Source of the DNA: Vulcanimicrobiota bacterium
GTDB lineage: Bacteria; Vulcanimicrobiota; Vulcanimicrobiia; Vulcanimicrobiales; Vulcanimicrobiaceae
Reading direction: 5' to 3'
DNA length: 44,943 nt
Assembly: GCA_003135555.1 (NCBI GenBank)
Contig: PLCF01000031.1
Location: 576 to 45,518 of the forward strand
This document shows, one piece after another, positions 26,049 through 35,023 of this stretch. How positions within the stretch are numbered: the stretch's first letter is position 1; every line of letters starts with the position of its first letter. Below the pieces are notes generated by a model that saw only the letters and a list, made by a program, of their open reading frames with translations, was not told the origin of the DNA and searched no databases. The position numbers and the translations under genes were made by a program.

Positions 26049-26993
26049 GTGTTTGAGCTGCGTGACTTGGAGCAGTTCATCGCGCTGGTCGAGCACCGGA
26101 ATTTCGGCCGGGCGGCGGCCGCGCTGGGCATGACGCAACCGCAGTTGAGCCGGCGGATCGGCGCCCTCGAGCGTGACCTCGGCGCGGTCTTGTTCTCGCG
26201 CGAGCACCGCCAGATCGAGTTGACGCCGGCGGGCGAACTGCTGCTGGGTGAGGCGCGCACCGTCCTCAAGCAAGCGGCCTTGACCGAACGATTGCTGCGC
26301 GACGCTGCGCGCGGGGCGACCGGGCACTTGCGGTTCGGGACGCGCAGCACGTCGCAATACGGGCTCGTCCCGGCGGCGATTCGCCGCTTGCGAGAGATGC
26401 ATCCGCAGGCGTCGGTGACGTTGACGGGTCCGCTGCAGGGACTGCTCATCGAGCACCTGCGCCAAGGAACGATCGACGTGACCATGGTGCGTGGGCCGGT
26501 GAATCTCGAAGGCGGACTGCAGTCGGCGACACTACGCAGCGAGCCGCTCGCCGTCGGTTTGCCCGAGAATCATCGCCTCGCGAGGCGCAGCGTCGTGGAT
26601 GCCGCGGACCTTGCCGACGAAGCTTTCGTCGAGATCGCGTGGTACCAAGCCTTCGGATACCGCGAGCTCACGCGCGGATATTGCGCGCGCGTCGGCTTCG
26701 TTCCGCGCGTCGTGCAGGCCGTCGACTCGAGCGATATGCTCGCGATCGCCGTCGCGGCGGGACTGGGCATCGCGCTGATGGTGGATACGAGCCGCGAGCT
26801 GCCGATCCCGGGACTCGTGTTTCGCGCGCTGCGTCCCAAGCCGCCCGCGGTCGATCTGCAAGCCGTCTGGCGCGCCGCCGACAGAAACCCGCTCATCCCC
26901 CCGTTCGTGCGGTGCCTCATGAACGAAGCGCACAGCACCGTGGCTGAAGCCGCTGCCGCAGCCGGGAGCGAAGGGCAGCCGAGGCAGCGGTAG
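26049..26993 (+). CDS. LysR-family transcriptional regulator
   Basis: ELRDLEQFIALVEHRNFGRAAAALGMTQPQLSRRI HTH, LTPAG, substrate-binding domain. Confidence 0.95.
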   Translation: MFELRDLEQFIALVEHRNFGRAAAALGMTQPQLSRRIGALERDLGAVLFSREHRQIELTPAGELLLGEARTVLKQAALTERLLRDAARGATGHLRFGTRSTSQYGLVPAAIRRLREMHPQASVTLTGPLQGLLIEHLRQGTIDVTMVRGPVNLEGGLQSATLRSEPLAVGLPENHRLARRSVVDAADLADEAFVEIAWYQAFGYRELTRGYCARVGFVPRVVQAVDSSDMLAIAVAAGLGIALMVDTSRELPIPGLVFRALRPKPPAVDLQAVWRAADRNPLIPPFVRCLMNEAHSTVAEAAAAAGSEGQPRQR

Positions 26994-27081
26994 GAGCCCG
27001 GCACAAACGTGCCGCAAATAGCGGTAAGCCAGGCTCCGGGTGGCCGTGCGGTTCCGCGTGAAAGCGAACTCACGTTCGCGC

Positions 27082-27097
27082 CGTGAGTGACGTCACA
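27082..27097. promoter_or_regulatory. CRP-box-like site CGTGA-N6-TCACA
   Basis: 9/10 match to TGTGA-N6-TCACA; overlaps the perfect palindrome GTGACGTCAC. Confidence 0.4.
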
Positions 27098-27330
27098 CAT
27101 GAACCGAACCTCACATTATGCATCCGCTTCGGCGGAATGGTACCGGTGCGGGTGTCGCCGGCACGCTGACCCAAACGGGCCAAGCGGGTGAGATGCCCGA
27201 TGCGGTTCCGCAGCAACGCAGACCGCCAACGAAGGGGCCCGCACCCATGCCTTTACCGTCACCGCCGCCGCGTGACAACGCCGCGCCGCAGCTCCTGAGA
27301 GCTTCCGGCGGCGAGCTGGTGTGGCCCGAC

Positions 27331-27942
27331 ATGCTGGCTGGAGAAGACCTCAAACCGTCGCCGAAACAACACCGCGGCCAGCGCGCACGCGAGTCCATCG
27401 TACGCGCGGCCCAAGCGCTCTTTGGGCAAAACGGGTACGAGGCGACGACCGTCGAGGAGATCGCCAAAGCGGCCGGCAGCGCGGTCGGCGGCTTCTACCG
27501 GCACTTCCGCTCCAAGCGGCAGGTGCTGCTCGTCGTAATGCGGTCGCTGCTCGACGAGTTCGACGCGCGGCACTCCGCACGGCAGTTCAACGAAAGCCCC
27601 GACGATGCGCTCGAGCGTTTGCGTCAAGGACTCAAGACGCGCTGGGTGAACGCCGGCGCGTATCGCGCTTGGCGTGAAGCAGTCGTGCGCGACCCGGCGC
27701 TGGCGGCGCTTCACGAGGCGATCGAGGCGGTCATCACCGCTCGCATCGGGAGTGCGCTTGCGATCGCGGCGGCGGCTCCGGGGTGCCGGGCGGACGTCGA
27801 CGTGTCGACGCTCGCGATGGTCGTCAACGTGCTCTTCTGGCGGCTGATCGACACTCCGCCGAGCGAGCGCCATGCGATCTCCGATGCGCTGATCAGGCTG
27901 GTTCACCACGCCTTGTTCGAGGACGCGTGCGAGGCGCGCTAG
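27331..27942 (+). CDS. TetR/AcrR-family regulator; start uncertain, ORF open from 27118
   Basis: RESIVRAAQALFGQNGYEATTVEEIAKAAG...FYRHFRSK. Confidence 0.92.
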   Translation: MLAGEDLKPSPKQHRGQRARESIVRAAQALFGQNGYEATTVEEIAKAAGSAVGGFYRHFRSKRQVLLVVMRSLLDEFDARHSARQFNESPDDALERLRQGLKTRWVNAGAYRAWREAVVRDPALAALHEAIEAVITARIGSALAIAAAAPGCRADVDVSTLAMVVNVLFWRLIDTPPSERHAISDALIRLVHHALFEDACEAR

Positions 27943-30485
27943 GCGGCCACCGGACGGCGCGACCCATTGGCGAGCGGCGCGTACTTGTCGGTGAACCGCT
28001 GGGGCGTGAGCCCCGCGGCGAAGAGGAAGCCTTGGCCTTCGTCGCACCCGATCACGTTGAGCACCGCTCGCTGCTCGACGGTCTCGATGCCTTCGGCAAT
28101 GACTTGAGACCCGATGCTGTGCGCGGTCGCGATGATGCCCACGGCGATCGCGCGGTCGATGCTGCTCGTCGCGATCCCGGTCACGAAACACATGTCGAGC
28201 TTGAGCGTGTCGACGGGGAGCGAGCGCAAGACCTCGAGCGAGTTGTATCCGGTGCCGAAGTCGTCGATGGAGATGCGGACGCCGGCCGCGCGCAGGCCGT
28301 CCAGCACGGCTACGGTGCGCTCGAGATCCAGCGACATCACTGTTTCGGTCATCTCGAGCTCGAGCAGTTCAGGCGGCAGCCCGGAGTCGCGCAGCGCGCT
28401 GTGCACGACCTGCGCGAAGTCGGGCTCGCACAGCTGCTTGCCCGAGATGTTCACGCTGACCCGCAGCCGCATGCCCAGCTTGCACCAAGCGGCATTCTGG
28501 GCGCACGCGGTCCGCAAGACCCAAGTCCCGATCGGGACGATGAGCCCGCATTCTTCCGCGAACGGGATGAAGGCGCCGGGTTGCACGTCCAGACCGCCGT
28601 CGCGGGGCCAGCGGATGAGCGCCTCGCTCGCGCGCAGCGTGCCGTCGCGTGAAAAGATCGGTTGGTACGCCAGCGTGAAGGCCTCGGTTCGGATCGCCTC
28701 GCGCAGCGCGGTGCCCATCCGCATCCGCTCGGTCGCGGCATCGTGCATCTCGGAGCGAAAGAATCGCGCGGTCGCCCGTCCGGCCCGCTTGGCCTCGTAC
28801 ATGGCCGTGTCGGCGTTGCGGATCAGCGTCTCGGCGTCGGTCCCATGCGCCGGAAACATCGCGATCCCGATGCTGATGCCGGCCTCGATGTCGCGGTCGT
28901 GCAGCCGGATCGGCTCGGCGACGACGCGGCCCAGGTGCCGCGCCATCTCGGCGGCGTGCGCCTCGTCGCCGATATCGGACAACACCGCGATGAACTCATC
29001 GCCGCCCATGCGAGCGATGCAGTCGGTGGAGCGCGTATTCTTGCGCAGCCGGTCGGCGATCGCGGTGAGCAAGCGGTCTCCGGCGGTGTGACCCATCGTG
29101 TCGTTGATGATCTTGAACTGGTCGACGTCGATGAAGAGCACCGCCGCAGCGGTGTTGTCGCGCGACGCCTTCGCGATCGCGGCCTCGAGCCGGTCGTTGA
29201 GCAGGGCGCGATTCGGCAGGTCGGTCAGGCGGTCGAAGTGCGCGTGATGTTCCAACTGGGCTTCGGCGTACTTTCGGCGGCTGATGTCCTGCACGGTCCC
29301 GATCAACCGAACCGGGTGGTTCTCGGCGTCATATTCCGCGAACACCTCGAAATGCACGCAGAGCACCTCGCCGTCGCTGCGCACGAGCCGATGGTCGACA
29401 CCGCGCGGCTGGTGTTCGCCGATCGCGCTTTCGACGGCGGCGTCGACGTCCGCGACGTCGTCGGGATGGATGAACGGCCGGTACGGCAGGTCGCCGGCGG
29501 GCACGCCGTCAGCCGGAGCGAGCCCCAAGATGCGGAACAACTCGTCGGACCAATGATGCTCGCGCAGGCCCGTGTCGTACCACCAGTCTCCGAACTTCCC
29601 GAGCGTTTGCGCGCGCGCGACGTTGGCCTCGCTTTGCCGCAGCCGGTCTAAGGCTTGATGGATGTCGGTGAGATCTTGAACCGTAATGATGTGGATATCG
29701 CGGCCATTGTACTTCATCGCGACGACCGTGATGTGTACGTTGATGCGCTGGCCCGCCGCCGTCATGTTTACCGAGTCGAAGGCGATGCTCCCGTCGCGTG
29801 TGAGGATTGCATCCGCATCCGGGAGGTCGTCGCGGGCTTCGGGAGCCCGCAATTCGAACGCGGTCATGGTCAAGAGCTGTTCGTGGGAGTAGCCGTATTG
29901 CGCGATTGCGGCCTTGTTGGCGCTGAGGTACCGGCCCGTCGCCGCATCCGCGATGAGCATCGCGCTGGGGTTCTCGTCGAATACCTGGCGATATTGATCG
30001 ACGACGCCGGAGAGGCTTTCCAGTTTCGTGGTGCGCCGCTGCGCCAATGCGAGAACGTCGGCCAGCGCCGTCATGAACTGGGCGTCCGCCGCGCTGAAAC
30101 CAGCCGGCGCCGAGGTGCCGGCGACCATCACGGTGACGGCCTTACGCCGCCCGTGGATGGCTGCCGTCAGCCGCGTCGTACCGAGCCCCGACGCGGGGTC
30201 GCCGGCGGCGTACGTCTGCGAGAGCGTGTCCGTACCCAAAAGGGTCCGTTGGATCTGCGGGTCCGCGCCCGCGATAGCGACATCCTCGAGCGTGCGTCCG
30301 TCGCACAGCCGGAGGAGCGGCGTGCCCGAAGGCCCGTCGAGATCGTATAGCGCAGCCACGTCGGCGCCGAGTATCCGCCGCAGATCCGAAAGCGCTCGTT
30401 GCCGCAGCGGCTCGAGGCTCGTAGCGCGCAGCGCTGCGCTTTCGAACTGCGCCAGGGCCAGGTCGTACGTCGACTGGGTCAACAC
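27939..30485 (-). CDS. GAF-PAS-PAS-GGDEF-EAL c-di-GMP protein
   Basis: DRLTDLPNR, FIDVDQFKIINDTMGH, RMGGDEF, YQP...SEALIRW, IDDFGTG, LKLD, AEGIE; GTG/TTG start overlaps tadE stop. Confidence 0.93.
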   Translation of the reverse strand: MLTQSTYDLALAQFESAALRATSLEPLRQRALSDLRRILGADVAALYDLDGPSGTPLLRLCDGRTLEDVAIAGADPQIQRTLLGTDTLSQTYAAGDPASGLGTTRLTAAIHGRRKAVTVMVAGTSAPAGFSAADAQFMTALADVLALAQRRTTKLESLSGVVDQYRQVFDENPSAMLIADAATGRYLSANKAAIAQYGYSHEQLLTMTAFELRAPEARDDLPDADAILTRDGSIAFDSVNMTAAGQRINVHITVVAMKYNGRDIHIITVQDLTDIHQALDRLRQSEANVARAQTLGKFGDWWYDTGLREHHWSDELFRILGLAPADGVPAGDLPYRPFIHPDDVADVDAAVESAIGEHQPRGVDHRLVRSDGEVLCVHFEVFAEYDAENHPVRLIGTVQDISRRKYAEAQLEHHAHFDRLTDLPNRALLNDRLEAAIAKASRDNTAAAVLFIDVDQFKIINDTMGHTAGDRLLTAIADRLRKNTRSTDCIARMGGDEFIAVLSDIGDEAHAAEMARHLGRVVAEPIRLHDRDIEAGISIGIAMFPAHGTDAETLIRNADTAMYEAKRAGRATARFFRSEMHDAATERMRMGTALREAIRTEAFTLAYQPIFSRDGTLRASEALIRWPRDGGLDVQPGAFIPFAEECGLIVPIGTWVLRTACAQNAAWCKLGMRLRVSVNISGKQLCEPDFAQVVHSALRDSGLPPELLELEMTETVMSLDLERTVAVLDGLRAAGVRISIDDFGTGYNSLEVLRSLPVDTLKLDMCFVTGIATSSIDRAIAVGIIATAHSIGSQVIAEGIETVEQRAVLNVIGCDEGQGFLFAAGLTPQRFTDKYAPLANGSRRPVAA

Positions 30486-31072
30486 ACGCCGCCGACGCCG
30501 TACACGCGGCCCAGCGCGGCCGCGACCGCCGTTCCCACGGTCGCCGTGCAGTACATGATGATCCCGGGCGGATCGCTGCGCACGTAGCCGAACGTTGCGG
30601 CCGCGGGCGTCGTCGAGCCCAACAGGCTCGTCAGCGCGAACGGCACGGCGACGTTGGCGGTCGCAGTCGACGAGGTGACCGTGAAGGTGTGAAACGCCGC
30701 CGTGGCCGGTCCGGCGAAACTCATGGTGCTTTGCGTGCAGGTCGCCGTTGCGCTGTCGGGACGCCAGTAGGGCGACGGCGTCGGGCCGGCGCCGTTCTGC
30801 TCGGACAGCGCGTTCTGGGTATCGCTTCCGACGGCGGCGGGGCAGGTCGTCGTCGCGACGGGACCACTGGCGATCGCGTCGTAGATGCCGCGGGCGCTGT
30901 AGACCGGCGCGGCGCCGTAGGAAACCAGCGCGCCGTAGCGGACCGCGCTCTGGGCGCGTTCGGAGAGCACCCCGTAGCGGCTGAAATACATGACCCCGAA
31001 GATGGCGATCAGGGCGACGGGCAAGAAGATGACGGTCTCGATGAGGGCCTGACCGCGCTGGCGCTGGCGCAT
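30479..31072 (-). CDS. TadE/TadF-like pseudopilin
   Basis: RQRG|QALIE prepilin motif with E at +5, then hydrophobic helix. Confidence 0.8.
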   Translation of the reverse strand: MRQRQRGQALIETVIFLPVALIAIFGVMYFSRYGVLSERAQSAVRYGALVSYGAAPVYSARGIYDAIASGPVATTTCPAAVGSDTQNALSEQNGAGPTPSPYWRPDSATATCTQSTMSFAGPATAAFHTFTVTSSTATANVAVPFALTSLLGSTTPAAATFGYVRSDPPGIIMYCTATVGTAVAAALGRVYGVGGVC

Positions 31073-31893
31073 CACGAGCAGCCGTACGTTCCGACGAGCG
31101 TTTTCGGTCGCGTCGGGCCGGCCGCAAACCACGTCATTTGCATCGACAGCGACGCGAAGTTGACGGCCAGATCAGCCGACGTGTTCACGCCGACGGGGCT
31201 CTCGGTCGGCTGGTACGGGAGTCCGGTCGATGGGTTGTTGGAAGCCGGTATGAAGGTCTCGGGGATCAGGGCCAGCGTCGCTGCACTCCGGCCGACGGCC
31301 TTGAAAGCGTTCGCCGTGCCCAGCCCCAGAATCTTCGGAAAGAGCGTCGCGACGTTCTTGCAGGCGACGACGTCGACGGTCTCGTGAGCGGTGTCGACCG
31401 TGGTGGTGTAGGTGAACCCGCAGTCGAGCACCGCGCAATGGCTCGCCGCCAAGGCGGTCGCGGTGGTGGGCGAGTTCGCCAGCCCGCCGCCGATGAGGCC
31501 GTCGACGTTCTTCATTTGCAGCGTGATGTTGGTGTAGTTCGTCGACGCGATCGTGTATGCGGCCGACAGTTTCGCTAGGTCGGCGTCGCAGGCGGTCTGA
31601 CCGCTGCAGGCTCCCGGGTCGTACACGAGGTTGGCCATCGCTTGGAGCAGGTAGCGTATCCGGGTCTCCTCTACCGCAGCGGAATAGACGAGCATGTTGG
31701 CCTGGTTGTTCATGTTGGCGTCGGTCGCGATGCCCGCCGACGCCGCGCTGTCGGCGGCGTTTTGGGCGCGAATGTGCCAGCGGACCATGTTCGCGTAGTT
31801 GACCGTGAAGAACATCAGCGCGAACATCGTCGCCAAGCCGAGCGTCCACAGGGGCAGCGTCTGGCCGCGCTCGCGGTGTTGCGCTACGCGCAT
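31072..31893 (-). CDS. TadG-like pilus protein
   Basis: RERG|QTLPL, hydrophobic helix, RAQNAADSAA Tad motif. Confidence 0.8.
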   Translation of the reverse strand: MRVAQHRERGQTLPLWTLGLATMFALMFFTVNYANMVRWHIRAQNAADSAASAGIATDANMNNQANMLVYSAAVEETRIRYLLQAMANLVYDPGACSGQTACDADLAKLSAAYTIASTNYTNITLQMKNVDGLIGGGLANSPTTATALAASHCAVLDCGFTYTTTVDTAHETVDVVACKNVATLFPKILGLGTANAFKAVGRSAATLALIPETFIPASNNPSTGLPYQPTESPVGVNTSADLAVNFASLSMQMTWFAAGPTRPKTLVGTYGCS

Positions 31894-32570
31894 GTCGTCC
31901 CCGTGTCCCAGTCGTAGATCGGGTCCATCGGGCTGAACGCCCGCATCGGGTCGAAGAAGCAGTTGAAGTCGAAGTAGCAGAACAGCGAGCCGTTCGCGGT
32001 GGTCGCCGGCGGCCGGATCGCCGCGTAGACGGCGGCGCGGCAGTACCACTCGGCGAAGCGGCTGCCGGCCGGTTTGCTCAGCGCGATGCTCTGCGCGAGC
32101 AAGATCGCCCGCGGCTGGTTCAGGCCGGAGACGGCATACGTGTCGCCGGGTGAAGTATAGTAGTTCTGCAGCGTGTCGGTCACGCTGAACGGATAGGCGG
32201 CTCCCGGCGCGGGGGTCGCTGCTCCGAGGGGTTCGTTGACGTGGGCATTCACCCCGAAGGTCGCCGGGCTTCCGGCGACCGGCAAGCCGTTCGCCGTTCC
32301 GGTGACGACGACCGAGACGCTCTTGGCCGAGGGCGTGAGCACGATCGCCGATGCCGCAACGTGCGTGAAGACGCCGTGCGCGGCGGTCGTGGCTCCGATG
32401 GTGCCGCCGGCCGGATCTTGAGCGTAGGTGCGGCTAGCTACGAACGCCGCGCCGTCCTGCGAGACTTGCGTGTAGGCCAGCACCGAGAGCTGGATCGATC
32501 CGAACAGGATCATCAGGACGATGCTCATCACGAATGCGGTCTCGACGAGCGCGGTGCCGCGAGCTCTCAC
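31884..32570 (-). CDS. TadE-like pseudopilin
   Basis: RARG|TALVE prepilin motif, AAFVASR. Confidence 0.8.
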   Translation of the reverse strand: MRARGTALVETAFVMSIVLMILFGSIQLSVLAYTQVSQDGAAFVASRTYAQDPAGGTIGATTAAHGVFTHVAASAIVLTPSAKSVSVVVTGTANGLPVAGSPATFGVNAHVNEPLGAATPAPGAAYPFSVTDTLQNYYTSPGDTYAVSGLNQPRAILLAQSIALSKPAGSRFAEWYCRAAVYAAIRPPATTANGSLFCYFDFNCFFDPMRAFSPMDPIYDWDTGTTCA

Positions 32571-32761
32571 GGCGGGCTCGTCCCGAGGCCGGTCAGCCCG
32601 GTCCCGGCCGCATTGAGCTGCGTACCGGTCTCGGTCTGGATGAGCTTCATCGTGACGAGCATCAGCACGCCGAGCGCCGAGGCGATCAGGGCGTATTCGG
32701 TGAGCGTCGCCCCGGCCTGATCGCGCAACATGCAGCGCAGGTCGGTCAGCGGGCGCATCAT
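32567..32761 (-). CDS. flp: Flp pilin (second copy)
   Basis: DQAG|ATLTEYALI. Confidence 0.88.
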   Translation of the reverse strand: MMRPLTDLRCMLRDQAGATLTEYALIASALGVLMLVTMKLIQTETGTQLNAAGTGLTGLGTSPP

Positions 32762-34173
32762 TTGATCACGATCTTGGGCGTCATCACGAAGATGACGTCG
32801 GTCTCGTTGTGCAGGTAGCGCGTCGATTTGAACAGGCTGCCGATGAAGGGGAGGCTGCTCAACAGCGGGATCTTGGTGATGTTGCGCTGCTCGATGCGGC
32901 GCAGCATCCCACCCAGCACGATCGACTCGCCCGATGCGGTGACCACGTCGGTGGAGAGCCGGCTCGTCTTGAGCGCCGGGATCACGAAGCCGTTGAGCGA
33001 GACGCCGTCTTGAAAGTCGAGGTCCGAGACCTCAGGGTCGATCTTCGTCTCGATGCTGCCGTTGCCCAGGATCGTCGGCGTGACTTTGAGACGCACGCCG
33101 AACTCCTTGAAGATCACCGAGACCGCTCCTAAGCCCGTCGAGATCGGAACCGGAATCTCGCCGCCGACCAGAAAGGTCGCCTCGGTTCCGGGCATCGTGA
33201 CGAGCTCGGGCTCGGAAAGAAGCTTCGCATTCCCGTTGGTCACGAGGAGATCGAGCGTCGGCGCCAGCCGCGTGGTGCGGAAGAAGCCGCCGACGTTGAG
33301 CGCTTTCCCCAACCCCTGCGCCGCCTCCAAGAGCGGAAACGACGGCGAGCCGAGGACGAGGTTGCCGCTAGCATCGGGGGTGGCCGACTGCAGTCGCAGA
33401 CCGATCTGATCGAGCGCCGTCTTGTCGACTTCGTAGATGCGCACCTTGACGTCGATCTGGCTGACGGTCGCGACGTTGAGGCGGTCGATGATCTTTCCGT
33501 CGCCGGCGAGGTAAGCGCCGGCCAGACCGCGGGCTTGCTCGAGGACCCACTGGGCGCGGGCGCGGTCGTTGACGTGGCCGCTCACGACGACGTTCCCTTT
33601 GGCGTCGGGATCGAGGTGGATGTCGTTGGGCCCCATGGCGGCGGTGAGGTTTGCGACAAGGTTGCCGAGCGGATGCCGTACGGTGACGGCGTTGACGACG
33701 CTGTACTTCTGCGCCGTCTCGAGCTTGTCGAAGCGCAACAGGATCTCTTTGAGCGTCGCGAAGTGGGCCGCGTCCTCGACGCTCCCCCGCACCACGATGG
33801 AGTGGTCGAAATTGACCAAGGAGACGTCCGGCTCCGAGAGCGAGACCCGGATCATCCCGGCGATCCGGTCCAGCGTTTGCTCGGTAACCGTCACTTCATA
33901 CGACGTGCGCGCCGTTCGGGTCCACACGATGACCGAGGTTCTGCCGGGGGCCTTCGCGCTGACGACGACTTGGATGTCCCCGACCGCCACCACGCTGGCG
34001 ATCCGGGCGTCACCGACGGCCAGCCGCACGAGCTGCGGCGCCTCGATGACCACCGAGTGGCCGGATTCGAGCGTCAACGCGGTGGGCGCGGACGCCCCGG
34101 CGCCGGCCGCGGCCGTACCCAGGAGCGTGGCGCTCAGCACGAGCGTAAGCAGAGTCCTCCGATAGCGGTTCAT
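32758..34173 (-). CDS. cpaC: Tad secretin RcpA/CpaC
   Basis: Signal peptide, AVGDARIA N-domain, BON-like repeats, LSEPELV...ATFLVGGEIPVP, KEFGVRL, KIPLLSSLPFIGSLF, IFVMTPKIV. Confidence 0.93.
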   Translation of the reverse strand: MNRYRRTLLTLVLSATLLGTAAAGAGASAPTALTLESGHSVVIEAPQLVRLAVGDARIASVVAVGDIQVVVSAKAPGRTSVIVWTRTARTSYEVTVTEQTLDRIAGMIRVSLSEPDVSLVNFDHSIVVRGSVEDAAHFATLKEILLRFDKLETAQKYSVVNAVTVRHPLGNLVANLTAAMGPNDIHLDPDAKGNVVVSGHVNDRARAQWVLEQARGLAGAYLAGDGKIIDRLNVATVSQIDVKVRIYEVDKTALDQIGLRLQSATPDASGNLVLGSPSFPLLEAAQGLGKALNVGGFFRTTRLAPTLDLLVTNGNAKLLSEPELVTMPGTEATFLVGGEIPVPISTGLGAVSVIFKEFGVRLKVTPTILGNGSIETKIDPEVSDLDFQDGVSLNGFVIPALKTSRLSTDVVTASGESIVLGGMLRRIEQRNITKIPLLSSLPFIGSLFKSTRYLHNETDVIFVMTPKIVIK

Positions 34174-34180
34174 GGGCTCC

Positions 34181-34212
34181 ATGCTGAGCGGTCCAGGTAA
34201 CCCCACGGTAAC
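34181..34212 (-). promoter_or_regulatory. Tandem GTTACC repeats and GTTACC-N9-CAGCAT upstream of cpaC
   Basis: Plus-strand GTAAC-N6-GTAAC at 34197-34212; same N9 spacing to a CAGnnT hexamer as the flp and CAP promoters. Confidence 0.5.
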
Positions 34213-34242
34213 GACGTCGGGGTGCTGTGGCCGGACCGGCTC

Positions 34243-34263
34243 GTTACCGCCGGGGTGCAGACT
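34243..34263 (+). promoter_or_regulatory. GTTACC-N9-CAGACT promoter motif upstream of flp
   Basis: Matches 24678-24698. Confidence 0.5.
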
Positions 34264-34332
34264 GTCGAGGTGGCTATGACCGCGGTTCCTCTATCGCGGC
34301 AAGCGAGCCATCATCCGCTCGAAGGAGCACCC

Positions 34333-34497
34333 ATGTTCAACGCTTTCACCTCGATGCTCCGCGACGACGAGGGCGCCACCCTCGTTGAGTACGCGCTCAT
34401 CGTGTCGCTCATCGCCGCGGTCTGCATCGTCGCGGTCAAGCTCGTCGGAACCAACGCCAGCGCATCGCTGACCAACGCCGCCGGCAACATCAAGTAG
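34333..34497 (+). CDS. flp: Flp pilin (probable major pilin)
   Basis: DDEG|ATLVEYALI; AAGGAG RBS. Confidence 0.93.
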   Translation: MFNAFTSMLRDDEGATLVEYALIVSLIAAVCIVAVKLVGTNASASLTNAAGNIK

Positions 34498-34498
34498 C

Positions 34499-35023
34499 AT
34501 GCTCCACGCGTCATGGATCGCGTGGGTCGTTCTGGGCGGCGCTTCGATCGCCGCCCTGTTCGACCTCGCGACTCGGCGAATCCCGAACTGGCTCATCGTG
34601 ACGGTCTTGGCCGCCGCGCTGATCTACCACGGCGGGCTTGGCGCGGCCGACCTGCTTCGATCGCTCGGCGCTGCTGCGCTCGTTCTCATCGCCGGAACGT
34701 ACGCCCATGCGCGCCACTGGCTCGGAGGAGGCGACGTGAAGCTCGCCGCCGCCGTAGCCGCAGTTTTTAGCTTACCAGAGCTGGTGAGCTTCCTTTTGTA
34801 CGCATTCGTCAGCGGCGGCGTGCTCGCGCTCGCCGCCATCGCCCTCGCCTCGCGCCACGATCTCGCGGCACGCGGCAAGAGCTTCGCGCTCAACCTCGTT
34901 ACCGGCACCCTGCAGCTTCCCAGCGGCGGGTCCGGCGCGATACCGTATGCCGTCGCCATCGCGTGCGGTGCGGCCTTGGTCGAATGCTCGTACGCCTTTC
35001 CGTTCTTGAGGCTGACATCATGA
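34499..35023 (+). CDS. cpaA: Prepilin peptidase CpaA/TadV (A24)
   Basis: DLATRRIPN, LGGGDVKL, IPYAVAI. Confidence 0.92.
   Translation: MLHASWIAWVVLGGASIAALFDLATRRIPNWLIVTVLAAALIYHGGLGAADLLRSLGAAALVLIAGTYAHARHWLGGGDVKLAAAVAAVFSLPELVSFLLYAFVSGGVLALAAIALASRHDLAARGKSFALNLVTGTLQLPSGGSGAIPYAVAIACGAALVECSYAFPFLRLTS

Noticed and set aside
26991..27039. GCCAGGCTC resembling the SAH riboswitch 3' strand
   Set aside because: The 5' GAGGAGCGCTGC element is not matched and the downstream gene is tetR, not an SAH-related gene
30486..31127. N-terminal extension of the GGDEF-EAL ORF
   Set aside because: Arg-rich off-frame read-through of the tadE-like gene; the real start is about 30485
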